A DNA stretch of 64,000 nt, from the NCBI GenBank assembly GCA_905197955.1, contig CAJKAR010000001.1:79764-143763 (forward strand), written 5' to 3'. The stretch comes from an uncultured Lentisphaeria bacterium (lineage in GTDB: Bacteria; Verrucomicrobiota; Lentisphaeria; Victivallales; UBA1829). The first letter of the stretch is position 1. Each line of letters opens with the position of its first letter. Shown here one piece after another: positions 47,626-56,808 of the stretch. The notes beneath the pieces are model-generated. The model was not told where the DNA came from, did not search any database, and saw only the letters and a list, made by a program, of their open reading frames with translations. The position numbers were made by a program, and so were the translations under genes.

Positions 47626-47690
47626 TTCCAATCCCCCTCTCCTGCGAAAAAACTTTTCAAAAGAGAGGGGAATTTTCCAATCCCCCTCTC
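47626..47690. terminator. Bidirectional terminator region between convergent genes (three-segment alternative hairpin)
   Basis: TTCCAATCCCCCTCTC occurs twice (47626..47641 and 47675..47690). The GAGAGGGG between them (47663..47670) is complementary to either copy. Confidence 0.5.
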
Positions 47691-47865
47691 TCTCGCCCTC
47701 CTTCTCCACATACGTTTTCCGTCCGGAGAGATCCACGAAAAAAGATTTCATCCGGAAATCAAACGCCCCCGGAAGAATCATGCAATGCTTTTTCCTTTTT
47801 CCGCACAAAATTACATTCCGGACAGGGGAACAGCTCCAAGCATCCTATCCACCGGAACGGCGACA

Positions 47866-49824
47866 TTACTCCTCCAGACAGACCAGAGACTCCGGATGTT
47901 TCAGAGTCAAAACGCCATCTTTCCAGGAGGCTTCGATGGGGCCTTCGGGTGTAGGAACTGTGCAGCAGAAGTTTCCAAAATTCCTGACGGGACGGCAATG
48001 GAAGGTCTTCCACCCATCTTCCACGGGAACCAGCCCCATCAGAACGCGCGGCAGCAGAAACACCGGTCCTGAAGACCAGGCATGACAGAGACTGGCTCCA
48101 TAAGGACGTCCATAAAAAGCGCAGTAGTCTTTTTCGGAGGCATATTTTCCACAACCTTCCCAGAAAGTCGTAGCCCCCTGATCGAGCATGTAGCCCCAGA
48201 CATCTTCCAGTTTTTTCCGGAAAAACTCCAGTCTTCCGGCCTCCGCTGCCGCCAGCAGTTCCCATCCCTGAAGGAAGGGGGTTCCGACTCCCGGAAGCGC
48301 CTCCCCGCAAATGGCATCCAGCAAGCCGCGACGATCCTTCTCCTCCGCCAGTCCGGAAAGCAGAGCGAACAAATTCGCATGACGCGTATATTCTTCGCTT
48401 CCATCGAGTCCAGCACGGAAAAGCCCCTTTTCCTCCGAAAAACATCTTTCATAAATCGAACATTTCAACCGGGAAGCAAACGTGTTCCATCGTTCCGCAT
48501 CGGCTGCAACGTTCAGGCGATCCGCAAGGCGCGCCGCGGAACGGAGCGACATGTAAAACAAAATCTGAAGCGCCGACAGTTTGTTCCCCGGAGCCCAGTC
48601 AATAAAGATCCAGTTCAGCTCCCGTGCAAGGAAGCCGTCGGAATCACAGCGGGAAATCAGCGAATCCACCCGGGAACGGATGCTCTCCCAGGAACGGCGC
48701 AGAAACTCCGGATCACGAAAATATTGCTGATACAACTCGTGACAGATTGTCAGCCAGCAGGAAAAGTCCACACAACCATTCACATCCCCGAATTCGGGAC
48801 CGCTGCATCCAAGCACCGTCAGAGTCCGACGGACAATCGACGCATCGGCAAACACACAGGCATTCGACAGCAGACTGAGCGAAAGATCCCCCGCCCACGG
48901 CATCCTGTCACGTTTGATCCCATCGAGCAGGAAGTTGTACATGCAGAGACGCAGCGTATAAGCTGACCGCATCCAGAGATCGCTCAAACGCCCCTCCCCT
49001 GCAAACGCCCCCCGGTAGCGGACCGGATGAAACAGCAGACGACAGCGGACATTCTCCGGTTCCGCACCACCGGTAAAACGAAAATAACGGAACGCAATCG
49101 GACTCCGGGAACGGACTTTCCCCTCTCCCACGGCAATCATGCCGAGATCCTGTTCGGACAGTTCCGGATTTTCATTTTCCGCCTCATAGCGCGACTCCCC
49201 GGCACAAAGGAGAGGCACCTCCATGGAATCCGCTTCAATCCAGCCGAACACCTCACGTCCAGCATCATATCCTCCATCCGGCAGTCTCTCCGGAGACAGC
49301 ATGAACTCCGGAACCTCTTCCCGCTGCGGAGGCATCCCCGATTTCATCCGGGGCAGACGTTCCGCCGCGACCTCTGTACCATTCCCGCGGAAAATCCGCC
49401 ACTCCAGCGGAGAACCAAGCGCAGGAATCTCATTGCTTTCCAGCGTAATATAAACCGTTCCAGCACCGGGAATTTCACAGGACCTTGAACCATCCTCCTG
49501 CGTATGCACCTTCAGAGGAACACCGTTCAGCTCCGCCGAACAGCTTCCGGAAGATTGGAAGACAATCGAAGCGGGAGATTCAAACTTCCGGGAGAAAACA
49601 ACTCTTGATGCGATCGGGCGGAATTTTCCATACCAGCCGACATTGCGTTTCTCGCGAATAAAACACAATCTCATCTTTTCCAGATAAAACAATTCCAGAT
49701 CGCCCGGAGCATAATGCCAGAAGGGTTTCTCATCGGCAAAAAGCGAAGGCGGAGAGAGTTTCTCGACGGAATAGGAAGGATCAATCACGGAAGACTGCGA
49801 CAAACGATGGGCCTCGGAAATCAT
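47866..49824 (-). CDS. GH78-like alpha-L-rhamnosidase family protein
   Basis: DGIKRDRMPWAGDLSLS and TFWEGCG...SLCHAWSSGPV match the six-hairpin rhamnosidase domain signature. Confidence 0.7.
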   Translation of the reverse strand: MISEAHRLSQSSVIDPSYSVEKLSPPSLFADEKPFWHYAPGDLELFYLEKMRLCFIREKRNVGWYGKFRPIASRVVFSRKFESPASIVFQSSGSCSAELNGVPLKVHTQEDGSRSCEIPGAGTVYITLESNEIPALGSPLEWRIFRGNGTEVAAERLPRMKSGMPPQREEVPEFMLSPERLPDGGYDAGREVFGWIEADSMEVPLLCAGESRYEAENENPELSEQDLGMIAVGEGKVRSRSPIAFRYFRFTGGAEPENVRCRLLFHPVRYRGAFAGEGRLSDLWMRSAYTLRLCMYNFLLDGIKRDRMPWAGDLSLSLLSNACVFADASIVRRTLTVLGCSGPEFGDVNGCVDFSCWLTICHELYQQYFRDPEFLRRSWESIRSRVDSLISRCDSDGFLARELNWIFIDWAPGNKLSALQILFYMSLRSAARLADRLNVAADAERWNTFASRLKCSIYERCFSEEKGLFRAGLDGSEEYTRHANLFALLSGLAEEKDRRGLLDAICGEALPGVGTPFLQGWELLAAAEAGRLEFFRKKLEDVWGYMLDQGATTFWEGCGKYASEKDYCAFYGRPYGASLCHAWSSGPVFLLPRVLMGLVPVEDGWKTFHCRPVRNFGNFCCTVPTPEGPIEASWKDGVLTLKHPESLVCLEE

Positions 49825-50035
49825 ATTTCAACCTTTCTCTGTATTTCTATCGACAGATACTATAACGGGTCCTCATAAGAACATCAAACTGCTCTCTCAG
49901 AAAAACAAGGAAAAGAGAAAATATCGGATTCTCCAAGCTCCTATTTTCCTGATCCGAATACGCATCCGGCTTCCGTTCAGAATAAAATTCTCGCATATTA
50001 TTCGAATATTTTTATCTTTTTTTTGGTTTTACCTC

Positions 50036-50063
50036 TTGTTTTTATTCCAAAATAATGTATAAT
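50036..50063 (+). promoter_or_regulatory. Sigma70 promoter for the LacI-led locus
   Basis: TTGTTT (50036..50041), 16-nt spacer, TATAAT (50058..50063). The palindrome TATTCGAATA lies at 49999..50008 in the divergent intergenic region. Confidence 0.55.
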
Positions 50064-50088
50064 TAAAATAGATTCAGGAGTAGGATGC

Positions 50089-51108
50089 ATGGCAAATGAA
50101 CGTAAAAAAATCACAATGATTGATATCGCCAGAGAAGCAAATGTTTCTCAGAGCACGGTCTCTCGCGTCATTAACCAACAGCCCGGCATCAATGAAGCCA
50201 AATACCGGAAAGTCATGGAAGCCATGAAACGGCTTGGTTATGCACCTCCACAATCCGCAGGCTCTCCCCGCAAGACCATCTGTCTTGTCATCTGCCCGCT
50301 GCCGGAACAGAAAGATATTCTGGAAATGAGTTTCAATATCCAGATGCAGGAGGGTGTGCGAGCGGTTCTGAACGCTCATGATGCGGATTTCATGCTTCTA
50401 GTCAAACCGTACGGAACCGAAACGCTGGATCTGCCTCCGGAAAAAATGCGTCAGATTTCCGGTTTTATTCTTCTGCTGGGTTCTCTTGACTCACCGAAAC
50501 TGCGGAAAGAGCTGGAACATGCGGGAATACCTTATGTGATTGCTCTGGGGGGTACTCTGGCTCGCTTTCCTGCCGCCTGCGACATTATTTGTCCGGACGA
50601 ATTCAATGCAGCTCATCAGATATGTGATTATCTCGAAGCAAATGGCAGAAAACGCATCGGTTTTCTGCTTTCCAGGATCTTTGCCCATCGTCTCGACGGA
50701 TTCCGGCTGGAAGTCATGAAACGCAACTCCCTGGAACTGCGCGAAAGCGACATTGTCCTGCTGGAAACAACCGATAACAAAGACCACATCGAAGCAGCCT
50801 ATCACTATCTTCAGCGAGGGGATCTGCCCGATGCCCTGATCGTCAGTTTTCACGGAGCTGCCGTCCTGATTCGTTCCATTTTCAGCTTCAACGGCATCCG
50901 AGTTCCCGAGGATGTCACGATCGTTTCCTATGCACATACAAAAGAGCAGGATCAGATTCCCTGCATTCTCCAGCGCGCCTATCTGCTCGGAACCAAATCT
51001 GCAAGAAGAATTCTGGAAAAACTCGAAGAACCGGATGATGTGCCGGATACCATACTCATCCCTTCAGAACTCATCAATACAAAAAGAAAGCAGGAGGCAT
51101 TGTCATGA
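50089..51108 (+). CDS. LacI family transcriptional regulator
   Basis: [47 protein letters not shown]. Confidence 0.9.
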   Translation: MANERKKITMIDIAREANVSQSTVSRVINQQPGINEAKYRKVMEAMKRLGYAPPQSAGSPRKTICLVICPLPEQKDILEMSFNIQMQEGVRAVLNAHDADFMLLVKPYGTETLDLPPEKMRQISGFILLLGSLDSPKLRKELEHAGIPYVIALGGTLARFPAACDIICPDEFNAAHQICDYLEANGRKRIGFLLSRIFAHRLDGFRLEVMKRNSLELRESDIVLLETTDNKDHIEAAYHYLQRGDLPDALIVSFHGAAVLIRSIFSFNGIRVPEDVTIVSYAHTKEQDQIPCILQRAYLLGTKSARRILEKLEEPDDVPDTILIPSELINTKRKQEALS

Positions 51109-51839
51109 AATCAGGCATTCATAGATTCACTTTAATCGAACTTCTAGTTGTCATTGCAATTATTGCAATTCTTGCCGGAATTCTTCTTCCGGCCTTGAAC
51201 AGTGCCAGAAGCAAAGCGCAGGCGATTGCATGTCTCTCCAACCTGAGGCAAACAGGTCTTATCGTGCATCAGTACGCAGATGCCTTCCATGAGTTTTTCC
51301 CATTTGCCAACACATGGGGAACTGCACTGAACGGACAGCCAACCTGGAATCGACAGCTCTTCAATGCAGGACTTGTCGCAAAAAATAAAATCGGCAACTA
51401 TCCGGAAACCGAAATTCCTTATGGAATGAGTTCTCCCGGAGTTCCCGGCGGAATCTGGCGCTGTCCTTCTGTGGCGCCGCATCAGCACACTGGCAGCGGA
51501 ATGACTCACTACGGCATGAATTCCTCTTTTGAACCGAAAGAAAATCCGCCCTGGTTCATCAAGCGCAGTTCCTTTCCGCAGATCAGGCCGGGGATTCATC
51601 GTTCCGCTTCGGAATTTTTCCTGATGACGGACAATGATGCCATGCCGGACAACGACAATACTTTTGCGTATGTCGTTTATGCCGCGGAAACGCCAACCAT
51701 CGCAGACCCGACCGCCCGGAAAAAAACAATCGGCTACCGTCATCTGGGAGCGGCCAATGTCCTTTTTGCGGATGGACACGCGGCAGGATGGCGTTATGCA
51801 GGTTCCCTTGCACGGAAATACTGGGCGTACTACAACTGA
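51105..51839 (+). CDS. Pilin-like DUF1559 / H-X9-DG family protein
   Basis: [36 protein letters not shown]-terminal H-X9-DG reads directly ([13 protein letters not shown]). ATGA overlap with the lacI-type gene. Confidence 0.88.
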   Translation: MKSGIHRFTLIELLVVIAIIAILAGILLPALNSARSKAQAIACLSNLRQTGLIVHQYADAFHEFFPFANTWGTALNGQPTWNRQLFNAGLVAKNKIGNYPETEIPYGMSSPGVPGGIWRCPSVAPHQHTGSGMTHYGMNSSFEPKENPPWFIKRSSFPQIRPGIHRSASEFFLMTDNDAMPDNDNTFAYVVYAAETPTIADPTARKKTIGYRHLGAANVLFADGHAAGWRYAGSLARKYWAYYN

Positions 51840-51851
51840 GGGCGAGACAAT

Positions 51852-54293
51852 ATGAAAAAACATACTCTTTCTGCAACACTCCTATCCCTCTCTCTTCCTT
51901 TTCTCGCCATATCGGAAAATAACGGGATCCTTTATAACTGTGAAGAATTCGATCCACATGGATATCCTCATGGATGGGGATTCTGGTGTGACAAGCAGTC
52001 TCGGAAACCAGACTGGAAAGTTGTTTCTGATGCCGCGGAAGGACGTCAGGCACTCCAGATCACCTTTCACGGCTGTAAAAAATTTCAGGGAGTTTCCATT
52101 AATCTACCGAGCCTGCCGCAGAATGCGGAGTCCTTCACGTTCTGGATCAAAAATATTTCCGGGAAACCGCCATCCAATCTGGAACTGGTTGAAGTAAGTG
52201 CTGACGGCAAAGGACGGGAGTTTTTTACAGCGTCCTTCCCCCTGCCGGAACCAGGCTTCTGGAAACAAATCACCGTCCCTCTCTCAGCGTTCCGCCATAC
52301 ACGATCCGAAAATATGCCAAATGGGAACCGGAAATTCGACCGGGAACGCAAAAGTATTCTCCGACTGATCGGTTATACCAGAGATGGCGGAACTCTGCTG
52401 ATGGATGATCTCCGCTGGAGCACATCTAACAAAACATCCTCAACCGTATCGCCCGGAGGAACCAGAGGACAAGCGGAGCGAAAAGGAAACCTGCTTCCGG
52501 GAGACAGCAGTTTTGAAACAGGAGCCGGACCATGGATGAATTTTTCCGGAGTCAGGCAACTCCATGCTAAAGAAGGAGATGGGTTCCACGGATGGAGCTG
52601 TCTGGAACTGCCTCCTCAAACAAGCATGGTCATGTGCAAATGGATCTGGAACCTGTTTCAAGAGGGGAAAACGTATGTATTCTCCTTCTATGCAAAAGGA
52701 GATCCGGGAGAGGTTTTAAATCTCTCGGTCATCACGCTCAAATGGCGCTGGCTGAAGAGTCAGACGTTCCAACTGTCGCCGGAATGGAAACGCTATTACG
52801 CGATCATTCCGCCGCAGAAGAACTGTGAGACCGCATACATCGGCTTCCGCAGATTTCATCCGAAAGGAAGCGTACGGATCGATGCTCTCCAACTGGAAGA
52901 GGGACTCAAACCGACTCCGTACAAGCCCTCGGAAGCACTCAGTCTCTTCAGCTCCATCGGGCATCCCGGCGAAATAGGAACCGAAGGCAAAGCAATCTCT
53001 CTGACAGTATCCGTCCGGAACAATTTCATTCCGAAAAATCTCCTTCCTCTCACCCTTCAGGCGGAACTTCCGGGAAAATGGCGGGAGAACCGGACTCTGC
53101 ATCTCCAGCCGGATCAGCTCCGGCGTCTGACCATTCCAATTCCATCCGCAAAAGAAACCGGATACTATCCGGTAAAACTGACTGTCAGAGATAAAAACGG
53201 GACTGTAATCAAACAGCAAACGTCTCCATTCGTCATTGCTCCTCCATTTCCTCCGGTTCAAAAAGACATCGGTTTTTTCGGCATTCAGGATAGTCCCGTT
53301 CCCAAAGAAGCGCTTCCCAAAATCGGAGTTTCCCGTCTCCGCAGCGGAGGTCCCCGATGGCTGGAATCAGAACCTTCGCCCGGCTCTTTCAGAAATATGG
53401 AAGAAGCCCAAAACAAAGACTTCCATGGCTTGAACGTCCAGTACTCCCTCGGAGACATCACACGGGTACCCGAATGGGCAAAACAGTCTGGAAGCAATAT
53501 GGCGAAACCATCTGCCATCCGTCCCTTTGCGGAAGCATTCATCCGGAACAAACCCGCGGTCGTCCGCTGCTGCGATTTCCAGAACGAACCGGATCTCACT
53601 CTTCTCCGCATGAAACAGATGACAACCGAAAAAGCCGTTCAATATTATACAGATCTGCTGAAAGAAATTCATCCGGTCATGAGGCAATACGGCACGAAAC
53701 TCATGATAAACTGCTCCGGAAATGGTGTGGAATTCGCAGCAAACGTTTTTGCAAAAGCAGCGGATTTCTTCGATATCTATGCCCCGCATCCATACACCTA
53801 TCCGCGTTCCATCGGTATGGACGGCCGTTACTGCGCTTCTCCGGAAAGCGGTGAACTCCTCCGAAAACTGAACGACGCAAAAGAACTCATCCGCAAATAC
53901 GGCAGGAACCAGACTCTTGCAATTGGAGAACTCGGCTGGGCGCTCGATGGAAGCGCTCCGTTCGATTCCCCGCAGGCAAAACAATCTGCGGCCTACCTTG
54001 CACGCACATTTCTACTGTCACGAACGGTTCCTGAGTGCTCCTGGCTGATCTGGTACTCCGGTCTGGGATGGCCGGAAAACGGAAATTATGAATATGGTCT
54101 CTGGCGAAATGACAATGGAATCCGTCCCCTTCCCTCTGCGGCGGCATACGCACAGGCTGCACGCGAAATGGAGGGCGGAACGGAATTCAGACTCGCCGCC
54201 GATGGAGATATCAAAATCGTCCGCTGGAAAAAGGATGGATTCGACAAAACCGCGGTATGGAATACAGATGAAAATATGCGAGAACTGCTGTAA
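51852..54293 (+). CDS. Secreted CBM + TIM-barrel glycoside-hydrolase-like protein, N-terminal 813 aa of an IS-interrupted gene
   Basis: Signal peptide MKKHTLSATLLSLSLPFLAIS. The stop codon TAA (54291..54293) abuts the IS terminal repeat. The same reading frame resumes at 55470. Confidence 0.65.
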   Translation: MKKHTLSATLLSLSLPFLAISENNGILYNCEEFDPHGYPHGWGFWCDKQSRKPDWKVVSDAAEGRQALQITFHGCKKFQGVSINLPSLPQNAESFTFWIKNISGKPPSNLELVEVSADGKGREFFTASFPLPEPGFWKQITVPLSAFRHTRSENMPNGNRKFDRERKSILRLIGYTRDGGTLLMDDLRWSTSNKTSSTVSPGGTRGQAERKGNLLPGDSSFETGAGPWMNFSGVRQLHAKEGDGFHGWSCLELPPQTSMVMCKWIWNLFQEGKTYVFSFYAKGDPGEVLNLSVITLKWRWLKSQTFQLSPEWKRYYAIIPPQKNCETAYIGFRRFHPKGSVRIDALQLEEGLKPTPYKPSEALSLFSSIGHPGEIGTEGKAISLTVSVRNNFIPKNLLPLTLQAELPGKWRENRTLHLQPDQLRRLTIPIPSAKETGYYPVKLTVRDKNGTVIKQQTSPFVIAPPFPPVQKDIGFFGIQDSPVPKEALPKIGVSRLRSGGPRWLESEPSPGSFRNMEEAQNKDFHGLNVQYSLGDITRVPEWAKQSGSNMAKPSAIRPFAEAFIRNKPAVVRCCDFQNEPDLTLLRMKQMTTEKAVQYYTDLLKEIHPVMRQYGTKLMINCSGNGVEFAANVFAKAADFFDIYAPHPYTYPRSIGMDGRYCASPESGELLRKLNDAKELIRKYGRNQTLAIGELGWALDGSAPFDSPQAKQSAAYLARTFLLSRTVPECSWLIWYSGLGWPENGNYEYGLWRNDNGIRPLPSAAAYAQAAREMEGGTEFRLAADGDIKIVRWKKDGFDKTAVWNTDENMRELL

Positions 54294-54386
54294 TGCCCCC
54301 CGTTTGTCAAGGGCGGCATTACGTAGAAGCAGTCAAAAAATGAGGATTTCATTTTCTGATAGACTTTTACGCCGCCCGATACTCTC

Positions 54387-55148
54387 TTATGCCGCCGAAG
54401 CATTGAACCACCTTTCATATTCATAAGGCGTCATATAGCCCAATGATGAGTGGGGAAAATCCTCATTGTATGCTTTTTGCCATTGCTTCAGTGCCGCCTC
54501 GAATTCAGCCACGGAATCAAATTCTTTTATCCAGACTAGATCCTCCTTGATTGTTCGGATCACCCGTTCTGTGTCAGCATTCCCTTTGGGATTGCTGTAA
54601 CTGGCGAATATTTGATGAATGCCAAGCTCGGAACAGGCTTTGAAGAAAGCTGTTGAAGTGGGCTGGCATCCATGATCGCTGACTAATTCCGGAAGATAAG
54701 ACGCTTCCCGGATTCCGTTCGGAAATTGGAAATTAACAGCTTCGTTTAAGGCCGCGATCCAATCCGCTGATTTGCTGGTCAAACTCATATGTGCGGATAA
54801 CAGTTTCTTCGTTCCCCAATCTATTACGACATGCAAATAAATCCAACCGAAAGTCGGAATCATCACCTTAGTCATGTCGATTCCCCAATACCGGTTCGGT
54901 TCAATCGTCCGCGGTTTATGCGTGACCGCTTTGCGTGGAGCCTTGAGCTTGCGGTTTTTCGGAACCTGCAGATTGTTTTGCTTCATAAGACGATGAATCC
55001 GCTTCTGATTGACCGGGAACTTCTCATGATATTTGAGATACGCCCAGATGCGGCGATACCCCCAATAGGGATGTTCCGCCTTAAACTGCCGGATTCGCTC
55101 CAATAATGCCTGATTTGCTGAACTGTTCATGCCATGCCGCCTTACCAA
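54387..55148 (-). CDS. IS3-family transposase OrfB (DDE integrase core), expressed as an OrfAB fusion
   Basis: DDE residues in context: YWGIDMT, LVSDHGCQ, GNADTERV. This frame is -1 relative to OrfA. Confidence 0.9.
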   Translation of the reverse strand: MVRRHGMNSSANQALLERIRQFKAEHPYWGYRRIWAYLKYHEKFPVNQKRIHRLMKQNNLQVPKNRKLKAPRKAVTHKPRTIEPNRYWGIDMTKVMIPTFGWIYLHVVIDWGTKKLLSAHMSLTSKSADWIAALNEAVNFQFPNGIREASYLPELVSDHGCQPTSTAFFKACSELGIHQIFASYSNPKGNADTERVIRTIKEDLVWIKEFDSVAEFEAALKQWQKAYNEDFPHSSLGYMTPYEYERWFNASAA

Positions 55149-55414
55149 TCGTTTTTTTTTAGCTCGACAGTCAACTCCCCAATGGTTTCTTTGAGCTTGC
55201 GGTTTTCGCGTTCCAGGCGTTCCCGGACATGATCCACTCCTCCTCGTTCAAACAGTTTGCATCCATCGGACAGCAACTGGTCACGCCACTTGTAGTACAT
55301 GCCTTGCGTAATGCCGTGCTCGTTGCACAACGTGCTGATACTGCAATCGCCTTTCAGACCTTGCAACACGATCGCAAGCTTTTCCTTACCGGTCCATTGT
55401 TTCTTTGCGCCCAT
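55142..55414 (-). CDS. IS3-family transposase OrfA (HTH)
   Basis: 90 aa. WTGKEKLAIVLQGLKGDCSISTLCNEHGITQGMYYKWRDQ plus a leucine-zipper-like tail. Confidence 0.9.
   Translation of the reverse strand: MGAKKQWTGKEKLAIVLQGLKGDCSISTLCNEHGITQGMYYKWRDQLLSDGCKLFERGGVDHVRERLERENRKLKETIGELTVELKKNDW
55152..55160 (-). other. Programmed -1 ribosomal frameshift site of the IS
   Basis: A9 run on the minus strand (CTAAAAAAAAACG). Slipping by -1 reads ...ELKKKRLVRRHGMN... into OrfB. Confidence 0.75.
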
Positions 55415-55469
55415 CGATGACTCCTTTCTAATACTCTCTTAATTTAGCACTCTTTTCAATGGGGGCAAT

Positions 55470-56516
55470 ATACTGCCTTTCGAGGTTCCTTCCGGAACTA
55501 TCATCCGTGATCTGTACGGGGCTCCGGTACAAGGCAACCGTTTTTCCCTCGGAGAAGCCCCATTTTATCTGAGCATCGCGGAGGGTAAAGGAGACGTTCT
55601 TCTTTCCACTCTGCTGAAAAGTATTGCAAAACAGATCCCCATACAGATTCATCCCTCTCTGAAAACTCTCTCGGAACTGCATCTTCTCGTCCGGAACAAC
55701 CTTCCGCATGAATGGAAAGGAACGTTTTCTGCGGAAATGGGAAAAAAACGCATGCTGAAACTCAACGCCAAGGAAATCAGCACTCTTGTTCTTCCCGTCG
55801 CCAAAGCAAAAGCGGGAGTTCCTTTCCGGACAACGCTTTCCATTTGCGACAGAGAAGGAAACATATTTCATGTTCCGATCACTCTTCCAGCACCTCTGGC
55901 AATCCGGAAAACCGAAATCAAAGACTGGAAAACCTTCGATTTCCAGAATGCGCGACCTCAGATCATCCTGAAAGACAGGTCCGATGTATATCCACCAGAT
56001 CCATTTATCCAGTGGAACGGTCCGAAAGATCTCTCTGCCAGAATTTTTCTCGCCTGGGACAGCAGATTCTTCTATCTGATGGCGGAAATCACGGATGACG
56101 ACCACTGCAATCCCGCCCGCAATGCCGATCTCTGGAGAGGCGATTCCATTCAGTTCGCATTCGACACCGAAAACGATGCGGTCTCCAATGCCGGATACGA
56201 CAATAACGATTACGAATTCGGAGTCGCTTTCGATTCCCCTCTCTGGTGCTGGCACACTCCGGCAGGAAAATCTCCTGGAGAAGTTCCCGGAGTCAAGCCG
56301 CTGATTGAAAAGTCCGGAAACAAGATGATTTACCGCCTCGCCATCCCGTGGAAAAATCTCGCGCCGCTTAAACCGGAAGCGGGACGAGTCTTCGGGTTCT
56401 CCCTTGTTGTTCACGATCGTGACGGTTCCGTCCGCAACTACTACATGGCATTCGGACAAGGAATCTCCAACGGGAAAAATCCCTCCACCTTCCGGAAACT
56501 GGTCCTGACCGATTGA
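55470..56516 (+). pseudogene. C-terminal fragment of the IS-interrupted CAZyme gene (beta-sandwich + CBM9-like module)
   Basis: The frame is open from the IS edge, with no stop between 55443 and 56516. It reads ILPFEVPSGTIIRDLYGAPVQGNRFSLGEAPFYL..., and the first ATG is only at 55737. CBM9-like block: RIFLAWDSRFFYLMAEITDD...GDSIQFAFD. Confidence 0.7.
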
Positions 56517-56752
56517 AAAAACAGAAAAAAACGACTCTAACAACTCAATGAAGAACTACGCAAAGCCTTCCTACCGACAAACAAAATATGAAAGGGAAAA
56601 TCATTTTAAAAACGATTTTTCGTCCAGGTATCGCACTACATTTTTTTCCGCCCCCATCCTCTGAGCAAAAGAGCAAATCTTCCGATTCAGAGATTGGAAA
56701 AAAGAGCAGCTCTGATTCAATATTCATACCATACATTCGATTGGGAAAAACG

Positions 56753-56782
56753 AAAAGCGGCAGGAATTTCCTGCCGCTTTTT
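56753..56782. terminator. Bidirectional rho-independent terminator
   Basis: AAAA-GCGGCAGGA-ATT-TCCTGCCGC-TTTTT. The 9-bp stem (56757..56765 pairs with 56769..56777) is flanked by A and T runs, 27 nt downstream of the guaA stop. Confidence 0.85.
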
Positions 56783-56808
56783 CAACTGAGGTTCCACTTG
56801 CGGAACCA

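Larger units (their letters stand above)
54291..55472 (-). mobile_element. IS3-family insertion sequence (boundaries approximate)
   Basis: OrfA and OrfB are linked by an A9 slippery run. Imperfect terminal inverted repeats TGCCCCC (54294..54300) and GGGGGCA (55461..55467). CTG flanks both sides (54288..54290 and 55473..55475), a possible 3-bp target duplication. Confidence 0.85.

Noticed and set aside
54376-55440. 11-nt direct repeat ATACTCTCTTA near both ends of the IS (54376.. and 55431..), considered as a possible target-site duplication.
   Set aside because: Both copies lie inside the element, internal to the TGCCCCC/GGGGGCA termini. One overlaps the 3' end of the OrfB coding region, and 11 bp is far longer than IS3-family duplications.
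55444-55452. TTAGCACTC, an exact CIRCE (HrcA operator) half-site.
   Set aside because: The required GAGTGCTAA partner is absent 9 nt downstream, where the sequence reads GGGGCAATA. The site lies inside the IS terminal region and is not upstream of a chaperone gene.
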